64,000 nt of DNA from the human T2T-CHM13v2.0 reference genome, Homo sapiens. The stretch lies in the NCBI RefSeq assembly GCF_009914755.1, contig NC_060936.1. One strand, written 5' to 3'. Made by a program: the position numbers and the translations under genes. The notes under the pieces were generated by a model that saw only the letters and a list, made by a program, of their open reading frames with translations, did no database searches and had not been told where the DNA came from. Positions 17,018 to 33,614 of the stretch are shown here, piece after piece (within the stretch, counting starts at the first letter, position 1; the number at the start of each line of letters is the position of its first letter).

Positions 17018-17581
17018 TGTTAATAGGGACCTACTGCATGGACCAAGGAATTATCACCCCCGACACCTTTGTTCCTGCCTCACTGCAAATCCCTTACAAG
17101 TTGTGAATGGTGAGGTTGCTGGGACTTCAAGGTCACTATGTGTGTGGTCCTAACAAGGGAAGTGGAGTCAGGCTGGCAGGAGCAGGGGAAAGCAGAAAGA
17201 AAAAGCAGATAAACTGTTAAGTCTGCCTTTCTTCCTGGTCCAGGGCGTGTAGCCCTCCTGTGCAAATAACTCACAATCTTCCTGCACTTATCACCAGACA
17301 CTGTGGCTGATAGAAAAATGAAAGTTAGCTCACTGCAACCTTGGCACTGGCATTATCAGTACTGCATGTAGCCCTCTCCAGCACAAGCACCATCCTATAA
17401 AATCCCCAGGAAGCCTTTGTCTCTTTGTAGTCAGCTCCTGTCTTGCTGATCTGCCTGTTGCTTTCTTGCAGTGTTATTTTCATACTTTGTGTAATAAATA
17501 TGCCTTTCTCTACCTACAACTGTCTTGGTAAATTCCTTTACTGCCAACACCACCAGCCCCGGATAGTTGCTACCCACAACA
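17018..17581 (+). mobile_element. ERV1 solo LTR (MER34/MER39-like)
   Basis: TG...CA ends; TATAAAA (17396) and AATAAA (17493); ctgtcttggtaaattcctttac U5-type motif. Confidence 0.6.
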
Positions 17582-17621
17582 CTATGTTGTTTTAGTTTAA
17601 TTTAGGACTCTTATTCTAGGT

Positions 17622-17850
17622 GAGTAGTTCTCAAGCGGAGACAGTTTTGCCCACACTTGCATATCCTCCCCCGACAATAGGACATTGGTAGTATCTGGGG
17701 ACATTTCTGCTTGACACTGCTTGTGGGAGTTGCTACTTGCAGCCAGTGAGTGCAGGGTAGGGCTGTTGCTCTACATCCTGCAATGCACGGGACAGTCCAC
17801 AACAAAGAATTCGTACAAACTATAATATCAGTTGCTGCATTTGCAAAACT
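17622..17850. mobile_element. MER20 (hAT-Charlie)
   Basis: gttctcaa...ttttgccc...ggacatt...catcctgcaatgcacgggacag...acaacaaagaatt. Confidence 0.75.
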
Positions 17851-17901
17851 CTCACCTAGATAAAAATAAGCACGTAATTATATCTTTTTTTCCTTATGTA
17901 G

Positions 17902-18282
<381 letters not shown>

Positions 18283-19189
18283 TAGTGGTGATTATGTAGT
18301 AATGTCTCTGGAACAATATATGGTTTACGTTTTGTGTTTATTAATTACCAGTAAGTAAATATTTTTGAAGAATTATTTATAGGTTTTTAAAAGGTGAATG
18401 AGCTAAGTTTTATTTTATTTTAAACCTGAAAAAGGAATGACCAGAATGGCAGCCCTTTGCTATTTCAAAATCAGCAGAAAGAAAGAAAGATAAATTTTAG
18501 ATTAGAGATTGGATAAACTTGCATTTGGATCCAAATTGGAATATGTAGATTTTGAAATGGATTTGTTTCATAATTAGAGCTTGTTTTGCCTCAGCCTCAG
18601 AAAATACCCTAAGGCCTTGGAAACAATGGCTTATTCACTTCATACCAATCCTAATAGTCAAACAAATTACTGAGCAACCTCCAGCATAAGTCTTTCTTCT
18701 TGTTCACCGCTTTTAATACTGGCCTGTTTCCTGCCATGCTAGACAGTGACTCAGAATAGCTCCTTTAGTAATTAAAGTTAATAGTTCTTTTTCTCTTAAC
18801 AGCTTCTATCCAGAACATTCTCCATAGTTCCTGATTATTTTTATAAAGTGCAAATTGTCACATAATATCTCAATCATTAAATGCTTTAAAGAGCCACATT
18901 GTTGTTTGAGTAACTTACATAAATATAGAGTACTTAAACCTATTCATTTGCTTCTAAAGTAAAAATCTATGTATAATGATCCATTCTTTTAAAAGTGTAA
19001 TGTTATAATGCATTTATACATAGCCAGCTTTTGTTGTTTCTGTTTTCAAAAAGAAGAGTAATTGAAGACTACTGACTTAAACTGGCAATTGGTTTCTTTT
19101 CATTCTAGATAATTACTTTGAATGATCAATTTTTTTTCCTATTTACATCTATAAATTTGGGTGTAATAAAACCCATCTTATTTATAGTC

Positions 19190-20035
19190 TGATAGAGATC
19201 TCAAATTTAGTGTATATGAAACTGAACTGCTAACTGCTATTCTCCTCTCCAAAAATTGCTCTGCCTGCTATGTCACTTGACCATCGTTCCATCCTTCTGG
19301 TAGTTGAGACCCAAGGCTTCAGAGTCATCCTTGCCTCCCCTCTCTTTCTCTAATATGTCTAATTTAATCTTATCAGGAAATCTACTTTAAAAATTTACCT
19401 AGAATCCAAGTATCTCTCACTACCTTTTCCTAAGCACTGTGATCTCTTGCCTGAATTTCTATAATATCCTCTTAATTGTCCACCCTGCTTCTCCCCTGTT
19501 TTCCTCTACATTCTCAACACAGCTCCCAGAGTGATCCTGCTGAAAGTTAAGTTATATCATGTTACATTTCAGCCCAGAACCCTGCAGGGACTTCTCATTT
19601 CATGCAAAGTCAAAATAAGTGGTCCAGAGTCTACTTTCTCAGGCCTCCCTATGCACTACTTTTGTCCACATGCCCATTCTGCTCCAATCCTGCTGGCCTC
19701 CAGACCCCAGCTGTCCCTGGCTGTCATTCCATCTGCTGGAAAGCCCTTCCCCAAACAGTTCCTTCCACTTCAAGGCTTACTCAAATCCCAGCTTTTCACG
19801 GAGGCCTGACTTTGAACACCCTGTTTAAGACTGAAATCTGCCCTCCCTTTGACTTCCCACACCCTGGATGGTATTTATCTTGTTCTTTTAGCCCTCACCA
19901 CGTTTTCTCCTAGCACTTACCTCCTTCCGATAAATGATTTACTTGCTATTTTTTTGTTCATTTTTCCTTTGCTCATTGATAGGCTCAAGTGGCTAGAACC
20001 TAGTAGATATTCAATAAGTATTCATTTAATTAATG
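19190..20035 (+). mobile_element. L2 fragment
   Basis: Pyrimidine-rich L2 3' sequence ending tagatattcaataagtattcatttaattaatgaa. Confidence 0.6.
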
Positions 20036-20114
20036 AAAAAGTGAAAATAAACACCCTATATAGAGGTATAAGAATTGTTCTAGGATATATATTTTCTAAA
20101 TGCTGAATTCTTAG

Positions 20115-20559
<445 letters not shown>

Positions 20560-20676
20560 TCAGCTTATGGATTTAATTTGTATTTCCCTGAAATACTAAT
20601 AAGTGAGGGTGAACACCATTTTTCCTGTCTATATCCTTTGGATTGTTAGGTCTTTTAGTTAATAGTGCATAGGAGT

Positions 20677-21037
<361 letters not shown>

Positions 21038-21377
21038 TAATACAAAATAATTCCAGATAATACAAAAGTCTTATCTGGGTCTGTAAGATCCAGTTCTTCA
21101 CAGGGCCTTGTAGAAGAGCCAAGGATGGCAGAACAAAGAAGGGGGCAGATGAAGGGCATTCTTATATTTTGAAACTTTGTATCCTGCCACAAAATTTCAC
21201 ATAGATGTTATATGGTTATCTTAAAAATAGACGTCTCATATATGTTAATCTTGTGCAAGTACAAAGTGCTTTCACAGGTCGGGTTCTTTCGTGTGTTTTT
21301 AAATCATTTTCTAGTCATTTACTTCTCAAAGTAGCTGTGTGTTACTTTTTCAGTCTTTGATAGGAGCAGTAAGATTA

Positions 21378-21743
<366 letters not shown>

Positions 21744-22171
21744 CTATAATCATGGGTTACAAGAAGTATTGAGCTGAAACAAAGATGAGATTCATTTCCT
21801 GTTAATCAAGGAACTCAAAAGTCTAGGGAGGCAACCCTGGTTGTAAAATATTATAAAACAAAATGACAAATGTTAGTTGAGAAGATATTTGAAGATTTTT
21901 GAGGCAGGGTAGGAGGGCAAGAGGTGGAAGAGTCAGATAAGCCTTCTTAAAAAGTTGATGACTGAGGTGAGCCTTGTGGGAATTAGGGGATTTTGCCAAG
22001 TGGACCATTCTAGGTATGCGCCAAAGCCTGAAGGCCTGAAAAAACCTTACCAAGCTTACAATGGAAGATGCAATTCAGTGTGGCTGGAATCTAGGCTGCA
22101 TAGCGGGTGGGAGAGTAGAGATGAGCCAAGCAGTAAGAAAGTTCCCAAGAAATCTATTTCAAAAGAAAATG

Positions 22172-22314
22172 AAGCCAGGAGGGGTGGCTGTCACCTGTAA
22201 TCCCAGCTACTCTGGAGACTGAGATGTAGGATCACTTATGCCCAGGAGTTTGAGGTTACAATGAGATATGATTGCACCAGTGCACTCCAGCCTGTGTGAC
22301 AGAGCAAGACCATC
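22172..22314 (+). mobile_element. Alu monomer (FAM/FLAM-like)
   Basis: Single arm followed by a TG/CA microsatellite. Confidence 0.75.
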
Positions 22315-22374
22315 TGTGTGCGTGCGTGTGTGTATGTATGTTTACACACACACATACATACACACACACGCATA
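22315..22374. repeat. (TG)n-(CA)n inverted microsatellite
   Basis: tgtgtgcgtgcgtgtgtgtatgtatgt...acatacatacacacacacgca. Confidence 0.85.
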
Positions 22375-23356
22375 AAAGATAAAATAGAAAAGAAAATGAA
22401 CCTACTGTGGTGGCTTTCCAATAGACATGTTGTTTTCATTTAGCTCTAGATATATAATAAGGTTCTTACAACATGATTCTGCAGTTGTTCATATCCTAGC
22501 AGAATTGTACTTAGCTGATCTTATTCAGCTAAGTAAATGTTATAGTAGGTATATTGGATTCAGGGCACCTTTTACCTGAAAAGCTTACTTGCTCTAGGGA
22601 GCTTAACAATCAAGTAGGGAAAGACTGTGTTTGCATACTACACTGTTCTCAGAGTGTGAAACACAAATCTGGAAATGATTTTGCTAGTTTTAAATGTCAC
22701 ACTATTGATCTCTAGAATTAATATTTATCTGATGAAAGGGAAAAAAATCTAAATAAATAAATAATTGAAATACCAAGAAGAGGAGGAATCGGAACTTTAG
22801 GGTTTTCCATTCTCATCGTCTGTAATGCCAATAGAGACTGATAATAAACTGCATCCTTAGAATATTGCCTACAATTTATAATCTTTTCCCTTCTTACATA
22901 ACTAATTTGGGAAATCTTTTTAAAAGTGAATAATTGTCTATTTGATAAAATTGTAATTTCTTTAGCCCTTGATTTTTATTTTCTTTTTAGTTTTATAATA
23001 TAGTCTTCATAATCTGGATTATGTTGCTATGCAAAGGATTTACTGGTCCTTTCTAATTCGTGATCTTGTATATGTGTTTATGTCAGTTTAATTACCTTTT
23101 AGGTCTCCAGCTGGACCTATCAATTAAACTGACATAACAACAGATTAGCAGAACAAAAACATACAAGAGATATAAAGGCCGTTGGCTGCAATTTGTTTGG
23201 TTGCCCAGAAGCTAAGAAAGGTGGCCATGAAGAGAAATTTAGTCTCAATAATTTGAAGTATCAATTCCTGGGTTGCTTCTACCATCTGTTGTCATTTCCT
23301 CTGGGTACAGACTATTAGACTGAAACATGAGATCCTGGTTTTTAACTGGAATTGGA

Positions 23357-23653
<297 letters not shown>

Positions 23654-24606
23654 TGGTATTGGATTTTTTTTGCGTCGTAAGTACATAGCATACAAGATTT
23701 CTTTTTCTTTTAGTCCTGCGTTAGATATTCCTCAGTTAACTCCATAACTTTGGGAGTTGAAAGAATCATTTTCATTCATCAGTTAGGTATTTTGAGGCAA
23801 AGTATCTGTTACTTTTATTACATTATAAATGATGAACAAGTGATAGAATTTTTTCTAAGACAGTGTGTCTAACTTTAGTCATTCATGTATCATCTTCAGA
23901 TTTGTCATATCCATGTATCATTTGTTCTTTTTTATTTAAAATGTGTATATTTACTGATTTACTGTACATTTACATTTTCTCCCTTGCTGAATTTGATACC
24001 TCCTCTGTGCTTCTAAAATACCTATGTACCCAGTGTTCACTTTTATCAACATCATTAAAGTGCCTCTCCACTAGTATATGATCTCCTTGATGACACACTA
24101 AGTATAATGTTCCAAACATTTGCCAAACATAATGCAAATAGACACTATAAATATAGCTGTGATCAAAAGTAATATATTCCTTACCTTCATCAATTCCTGC
24201 CTTGTGGAGGAAAAAAAACCTTTAAATTCATAATATATTTACTATTTTACTGCAGCTTTATTATTTAATCCTACTCATTACTAATTATTTAATAATTATG
24301 CCACAAATTGTGATAAGCAATTTGGAGAAAGCACACAGTGCTTATGAAACAGTTTAAGAGGTGGACACAATTTAGATTGGGAAAGTGGGTAGAGTCATCC
24401 CTGAGAAAGTGATGGGTATCATTGTATTTTAGTTTTTCTCTCATCTGGCACATAATAAATAAGGCATGTTTAAGTGAGTAAACTCTAGGTAGATGAATGA
24501 GTTATTTCATAACAATTTTAGCACACAAAATTATATTCACTTCCTTTAGTATTCTAGCTAAGAATGTTGAATTATTCATAACCTTAAGTGTTTTTTTTTT
24601 TTTTTG

Positions 24607-24717
24607 GGTGGGAGATTTTCCTGTTTTACTGCATTAGTTCATATTTACTACTCATAATGTTAAAAGGGTTTTTTGGTGGGAGATTTTCCTGTTTTGCTAC
24701 ATTAGTACATACTTATT
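24607..24717. repeat. Local tandem duplication, 68-bp period
   Basis: GGTGGGAGATTTTCCTGTTTT at 24607 and 24675, with continued similarity. Confidence 0.85.
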
Positions 24718-25026
24718 CTACACAGAAGTTTTTTTCTGTAAAATTAACAAATATTACACTTATATAAGCCCCATTGTTCCCAAATAATACTATGTTAATC
24801 ACTCCCCCAAACATATGTTGGAAAATATCATTTTCACAAAAGAAGCATGCCATTTTTAAATTGAGATTTTCTTATTGTTTGTATTGAAAGAGAATTAAGT
24901 GAATTAATTGCTCCACTTGTAGTTCATTGTGACATTTCTTTCCTTCCCTATAATAAATTGATAACTGGCACTGAAATGATGAGATCTAGGCCAGTGAGCA
25001 TGAGCCAACTGTCAGCTAACTGAGTT

Positions 25027-25126
25027 TATAAAAGAGATGAGATCACTAAAAACCAGGGGAACCAGCTGGGGGAAAATGAGGCATGTAATTAGGAGGCGAC
25101 ATGACTCCTCACCCTTCTTCCAGAAG
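25027..25126 (+). promoter_or_regulatory. Candidate alternative promoter/first exon
   Basis: TATAAAAG at 25027, E-boxes CAACTG and CAGCTG, strong donor AAG|gtaaga at 25126; 1.4 kb upstream of the ATG exon. Confidence 0.25.
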
Positions 25127-25439
25127 GTAAGAAAAGGATTTAAGGAAGAAAAAAGATGATTCTATTTGATCTGTCAACACTGCTTATTTAAAAATACTAC
25201 ATGTTATATAGTATTTTACCCTGAATGTTAATCTTAGAGAAAAGTAATACTGGTTTTCAAAAATGAAGTAATTTCTTTACTGATTGTGCACTTACGGCAT
25301 ATTATTTTATCATCTACAGTGTGTTAGGGAAACTCTGTAGATTTTAGTATTTCATGAAATGATCTTTATTTATCCTATTAATTGATTGAAGGACTTATGA
25401 AGAAAGTAGATGATTTGTGGTATATTGATGCAGGCCAAC

Positions 25440-25866
25440 CATCTTAAGCTGTTTAGTGTTGTTATATGGGAATACCCGAAGCTGGGTAATTTATGAAGAG
25501 GCTTATTGGGCTCACAGTTCTGCAGGCTGTACAGGAAGCACAGTGCCACCATCTGCTTGACTTCTGGTGAGGGCCTCAGGCTGCTTCCACTCATGGCAGA
25601 AGATAAAGGGTAGCTGGCATGTATAAAGATCACACGGAGACAGAGGAAGCAAGAGAGAGAAGGGGGAGGTTTCAGGCTCTTTTTAATAACCAGTCTTGGA
25701 GGAACTAATGGAGCAAGAACCTATTCACTATGGCAAGAATTGTACCAAGCCATACGTGAGGGATCTGCACACATGACTCAAACCCCTCCTATAGTTCCCA
25801 CCTCCAACATTGGGGACCAGATTTCAACATGATGTTTGGAGGGGACAAATATCCAAGCCTGTAGCA
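25440..25866 (-). mobile_element. MaLR LTR (MSTA/MSTB)
   Basis: ctgggtaatttatgaaga...gctcacagttctgcaggctgtacaggaagca...cctccaacattgggga...ggggacaaatatccaa. Confidence 0.85.
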
Positions 25867-26495
25867 CCAACTCTGTTACCCCAGGTCAGTCACTAAACCT
25901 CTCTAAGCCTTCATAGACATAAGAAGAGAATAGTAGTACCTACCTGAGAGAACTATAAAGTATAAAATTTCATCAAAGATCAAATGAGATAAAGTGCTTT
26001 TGTTAAATGGGAAGAAGATGCTATATTAATGCAACATTGTATTACTGTTGTTTGTTGTTGTTTTGTTGGCTTTTATGTTGTTTAACTTATTAGCTGTGGA
26101 TTCTGGTATATCAACTATAACTATTAGAAAACCTGTTTTGTAGCAGACAATGTATCTCTAGGATTTAGTTTTAAATTTAGCATCACCTTTTCCCTGTTGA
26201 GATGAATAACTGCTGTGTTATCTGTAATAGACCTTAGAATGCTTTAGCCTTATGTGGATTCCTAGGTGTTTAATATTGCCATATTTAAGATGCAATAAAA
26301 TTAAAAGAACCACTTAAGTTTGGAGATGGGATTTCCACAAGGCATGAAGCAAATGTCCAAAATGAACAAAAGTCTTTTGGTTATGGTTTAGTTCAAAATT
26401 TGACACCTGCCCCCTTTACAATAATTTTATAATGCTGAATATTTTTGCACCCAGGACACCAGAATTTTTATTGTTATTGAACAAAATATCAGTGA

Positions 26496-26708
<213 letters not shown>

Positions 26709-27765
26709 TAAGAGCTAATTTACAATGGGAGAAGGCAGGAGAAGAAGAAAGCTGATTTTCGAAAAAATGATAGTCATAGATACATTCTAAATAAAAAGCA
26801 TAATATCTTATTCCATTAGGTTTGGTAGGCCTTCAGAAAGGGTGAATTTTTAAAACGAATGACTTAATCTTACCCTAATATGAACTGTCATTTACTATGT
26901 ATTAGCTAGGTACAGTACTGTAGGCCACCAGCTTTTTCATGAAATTGTGTGCTTTGGTATCTGTGTGCTTTCTCTCGTTTCCTCTGTATCTCTGTGTGTC
27001 ATTCTCTATGTGTTACTCCTTGTGGGTCATTCTGTGGGACGCTCAATATCTGGGTTGGAAAGTCTGAGCGGATGCCTCTGTCTCTTCGTTTCTCACTTTG
27101 TATGTTTGTGAATGTGACCCCTGTGGGCTTGTCTCCTCCCTGGGGCCCTCTCTTCTTTCCATCCCATTTTATTTAATGTGGGTCTTCTATACCCATTCAG
27201 TCCCGGTTTCCCCTCTCCATATACTCCATCATATGCTAGGTTTTGCAAAGAGATATTATTACCAATGACAAAACGTATGCTAAATTTCAGTTTTGTATTT
27301 ATTAAATATAATTTATATTCTTTAGTCCCAATGTTTGGAAAAAACAAAGGTAGGTGAAATATTATATTTCTCATTTAAAGATAAACAGAACCCACATAAG
27401 TTGCTTTTCTCCTTATAAAACTCTCAATTGTTTATTTTCTTAGTCTTTTGATAAAAAGAAATTTTGTCACTGACTTAAATATAATTTTAAGCAATTTTAT
27501 CAGTAGAATTTTGTTACCTGTCACCAAAAGTCTATGTACAACTAAACAGAATGTGTATAACTTCAATTTCATCCTTGAAACCAAATATTTTCATTCATTT
27601 CAGTGTAATATTTGGGACTTGTTAACCATTAGGGTGATTTTATTATTTATTTGTCGGATTTACTGTTACTTATGTAATGAAATCATAGCTTGGAAATAGT
27701 TTGATTATCTTCTGGGAATTGTGAACAAGCACAAAACCTGCAGTGTCCCTCATTTTTTAAATGGG

Positions 27766-28753
27766 TCTAACAGATGTTGGTTCCTCCTATCAATTTCCTG
27801 TGACAACTCAGAGGCCCCGTCTATTTTACAAAGTTACAAGTTCTGGAGAGAAGCCTGTCTTCAATTTTCATTCCTGATAAATTGTAGGAACTTTGGTCAT
27901 AAATATTTCAACTTCAGCCTCTCTTCCTCTGAAGTAGGATTTATAGGACCTTTGCTATCTTGAATTACAGTGATATTTACTTAGAATGGTTTAATTCCAT
28001 TTAAAACTTTTTTTTTGCTGCTCAGGGTAAATTGACTTGATAACAACAGAGTGACCCCTCATGTTTGCAAATTCCAGGGGCCATGCCTAGTGACTGCATA
28101 ATAGGAGGGGCTGGAGCCCTGATCCCTGTCATAAGGCATGTCAGAGCCTGCATCCCTAGATTTCAGGGATAACTCTCTGAAGCCTGGAAAGGGTCAGTAT
28201 TCCAAAGGCTGCGTCCTCTCATCCTCTCCATTTTGGTTAACCCACTGCATTGTTTTAGATTCCTCTACATGAGAACTGTTTGTACTTTTTCCACTTAATG
28301 TTTTTTTAATCATTCAAGCTTCATAAATTCAATCCTGTTTTGATGCAAAGGTTGAAGGTTTAATTCATCTAAGGAAAAATGTGCTATAATTTATGATTTT
28401 TTTTTAAGCAAGTTTGTTCCGAGTGCAAATTGGGTATAGTGTGTTTTGGCAGGTCTGGTGAAGAAATATTATTTGTGGTAGAGTCCACTGCCGATACAAA
28501 AAACAATGTTATGTTCTCAGTGAGGTATTACCACTACAGACTGGCCACTAAAGTGTTTGTGTGGGTTAATACTGCATTGGATCTATAGGACTTAAGTAGG
28601 AGATTTGTATTTACTGTTGAGTGATATCCTTGCCATTGCAAGGGTCGTTTTCATTTTTAACCTTCCTTATGAGAGCTTAGACTAGCTTTGTAAAATAGAG
28701 GGAGGCTCTGAGTTGTCACAGGAAATTGATAGGAAGAACCAACATCTGTTAGA
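27766..28753. repeat. Non-Alu inverted repeat, 71-bp arms (27766-27836 / 28683-28753)
   Basis: Ungapped, 66/71 identity after reverse complementation. Confidence 0.95.
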
Positions 28754-28803
28754 GTGGAGTCTGGTCAGAATGGTCATATCATACTGTTGTTAAGACCTTA
28801 CCC

Positions 28804-29099
28804 GGCTGGGTACGGTGGCTCATGCCTATAATCCCAGCACTTTGGGAGGCCACATTGGTTGGATTGTCTGAGCTCAGGAGTTCGAGATCAGCCTGGGTAA
28901 TGTGGCAGAACCCTATCTCTACAAAAAATACAAAAATTAGCCAGGTATGGTGGTGCACGCCTGTGGTCCCAGCTACTTGGGAGGCTGATGTGAAAGGATT
29001 GCTTGAGCCCCAGGAGGTCAAGGCTGCAGTGAGCCGAGATTGTGCCACTGCACTCCAGCCTGGGCGACGGAGTGGGACCCTGCCTTAAAAAAAAAAAAA
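28804..29099 (+). mobile_element. AluJ
   Basis: Alu dimer. Confidence 0.9.
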
Positions 29100-29285
29100 C
29101 ATCGTAGCACTAGTTTGTTAAGATGACAGATTTGGAGCAAGTAGATTTTCTTTAATTTTTACTGTGGTTTCCTTCTTTCTCCTATTCCTCCTTCTTTCTC
29201 TCTTTCAGGTTAAGAGAGAGTACTCTTTTTAACCTAGGAACCACTTTAAGATTTTAGAAATAAGAATATGTTTCTACAGACCTGA

Positions 29286-29600
<315 letters not shown>

Positions 29601-30863
29601 CGGAACATTGGTTTTTCCCATGGACACTCCAAGGTCAACTGTTTTCTCCTTATGGTTTGGCATCCACAAAGCAGCAGGAATCTTCCAAGTACTGGTTCAA
29701 CTACTGCTTTTACTAACTCCTTACCCACGTTATCCTTCCCCGTCTCCTCTCCCTCCCTACTCATACCCTTGATATCACTTACTATGGGACATTTGCAGCT
29801 CTCATTCAAAGCCATCCTTTAGATAAGACCTGAACATGCTTAAATTTGTTTCAGAGGATCTGTTGAGGATCTTTCCACCAGGGAATCCAGAGACTGATGT
29901 GGGCAGGAGAAGGAGGACAGTTTGATTCAAATCTCTAAAGACTACTTGGGAAATTATCCAGGCCAAAGTTGTCCTCCTCAAGGGGGCAAATCTCAACTGA
30001 AGAGTGTGTAACATTTATTTGTATTGCCCACCTCCAATTTTTATATATATGACATTTTCCCCTACTCAATTTATCCTTTCTTTCCTCTGGTGTTGGACTT
30101 TACCTGTATCTTTTTTCCTCCCTCATCACTTTCTTGCTGTTTACTTTTATTCCCTGTTTCATTCTCCAGTCCAGATCAGCAGTGATTGGGAAGGGTGGGT
30201 TGGGAGCAAAGGTGACACATCTCAGCATTGTCCTTGGGACCAGGCTGCTTGCTGTTTCCTTCCCCACCTCCCTTTATCCCGTTACCTGCACAGGGGAAGA
30301 TAATCAGCCCTAGACTTTCTTCCTTCATTTTGCCTACAGCCTATTCATCTGATGCTCATTCTGTCCTTCTGCTCCAGTACATCATAACTTGGGGTGAAGA
30401 CCATGGGATTTAGAGTTGGATTCATGGTTTGACCTCTGGCTTTTCTGCTTGTTACATTGTGACATTGGCCACCTTAATTTCTAAGCCTAGATTTCTCTAT
30501 GGGATCCCTGTCTTTGGAATTATTGTGAGGATGAAACAAGGTAATTATTGTAAGGGGCTTCTTATAGTTTGTGGTTCTTAGTAAGCACTTAATAAATGTT
30601 TCTGGCTGTTATTATTGTCACAATCATCATCATTATCATGGTTATTCAAAGTTCATCAAATATTTATTGAGTACTTCCCCTGTGTCAAGCGCCACGCTAA
30701 GAGGTAGGAGTAAAGCAGAGAGGAAGTCTGCAACCTCACCGAGTTTTAGTTGCTTTATTTCTTCTCGTTTAGGTCACAGGAATCTTTCAAAGAGTATAGC
30801 CCACAGTTTTGTGCTCCATTCCCCACCCCACTCCCAGAATCCTAGATTAAAATCTGTACAAAT

Positions 30864-31219
<356 letters not shown>

Positions 31220-32167
31220 CTATTAAGACTACTGTTATGTCAAGCAGTAATAAGGACTTTAAAGAAAAATAAAATCAGATGTGGAGTTAGTGATGGAGAG
31301 TGCTGTTATGATAGATGAATCTAGGAAAGCCTCTTTGGAGATGTGATACCTGAACAGAACCCCGAATGATAAGAAGAAATACCAGTGTTTTAGGAGAGAT
31401 TGTCCTAAGCAGAGAACAGCAGCTGCAAAGACCCCAAGACACATACACTTGGTTATTAAGAATGGGAGCAGCAAGGAGTATGGCAAGAACACAGTGAGTT
31501 AAGGAAGAATGAAATCTAATGAGGCCATGCACTTTGGGAACTAGAGTATGTAGAATCTCATAGGCTGTCACTGGGACTTGAGTTTTCCCTTGAGTGTGTG
31601 AGGAAGCCCTCAGAGTTTGTGACTGACTTGTAGAGGTTCTAGTGGAGGGGATCAGAGTGGAAACAAAGAGACCAGTTAAAAAGGTATGGCAGCATGAATA
31701 AAAAAGTTTTGAGAGTATTCATTATGCCTTCCAAATAAAAAACTCTTTGGTTCATAATTTGTTCATAAATTAAGGACTGGCTACACTGTACTATTTAAAA
31801 ATGTTAAGAAACATCAATAAGTAAAAATGTTAGGAAGAGATGATAAATACGTAAGTATTATATCTAACTAAGTCTTTACTAACTAGTCACATTATTAAAC
31901 AGTGCAAGGATCAAGAAAAGTTAAGCGTTGAAAAATAAATAAATAAGTTATAAATAAAATAAACAGCCCAAGGAAATGTTCCAGTCCCCATAGGTAGACT
32001 CGGGGTCATCTTCTTTATTTAAATCTTTATTTAAATGTGGATAGCATCCCAAGAGACTTGGGTCTACACTAAGAATATTCAAATCCATGTTTCTGAAACC
32101 ATCAGAGATAGAAAAAAAAAGTAGCGAATATCCCTTTTCAACTGGAATAAACTTGTCTTAATTCTAG

Positions 32168-32749
<582 letters not shown>

Positions 32750-33312
32750 GCAGGGAAAACCCTGCCTATTCGATTGTTGTCTTAAAACTCTTTATTTATT
32801 GCACCCCTGAAATGTATGAATCAGATCACCCACACTGGCAGTTAAACGATTTTCAAGCTCTGGCTGCTGATTAGCATTTCCCCTATGCTCTAAGCAGATA
32901 TTTCACTTTTTCTTTTCATGTAGTTTCTGTTAATATCTCTGTTGTAATTTCAGGAGTCAGAACAGTGTGGAAACTTTAATATAGGAAATCCACAAATGTA
33001 TTGTTTTTACATAGAAAGAAAATGTTCCTTGTTGCTCTAGATGTTGGTGCTGTATCCCTAATACTTACGGGCCAAGCAAGAAGAAATTGTATAATCTTTG
33101 TTGTTCAGAAGTTTCTAATAGAATAAATAGGCCTGTAAGATGAACTTGCCACTAGTAAATGTTACTTTTAAGGACATGAATATGGAAGTATTAAATTATT
33201 CAACAGATTATAACTCTAGGCTTTTAATTTTTTTAAGTTTTCTAATTAATACCCAATTTTATAATAAATGGTGTAGTCTTTGAGTTAGAAGGCCATTTAA
33301 AAATCATTTTAG

Positions 33313-33614
33313 AGCCAGGCATGGTGGCTGATTGCTGTAATCCCAGTACTTTGCGGGGCCAAGGCAGGAAGAATTCCTCAGCCCAGTAATTCAAGACCAG
33401 TCTGGGCAACATGGTGAGAGCCCATATCTACAAAAATTTTAAAACTTAGCAGAGCATGGTAGTTTGCACCTGTGGTCTCAGCTACTCGGGAGGCTGAGGT
33501 GGGAGAATTTCTTGAGCCCAGGAGGTCAAGGCTGTAATGAGCCATGATTGTGCCACTGCACGCCAGCCAGGGTGACAGAGCGAAACCCTGTCTCAAAAAA
33601 CAAGGAAAAAAAAA
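33313..33614 (+). mobile_element. AluJ
   Basis: Alu dimer. Confidence 0.88.

Noticed and set aside
29855-30003. Exon-like purine-rich segment (tttgtttcag| ... AGA|gtgtgt)
   Set aside because: Poor donor and no supporting frame or homology.
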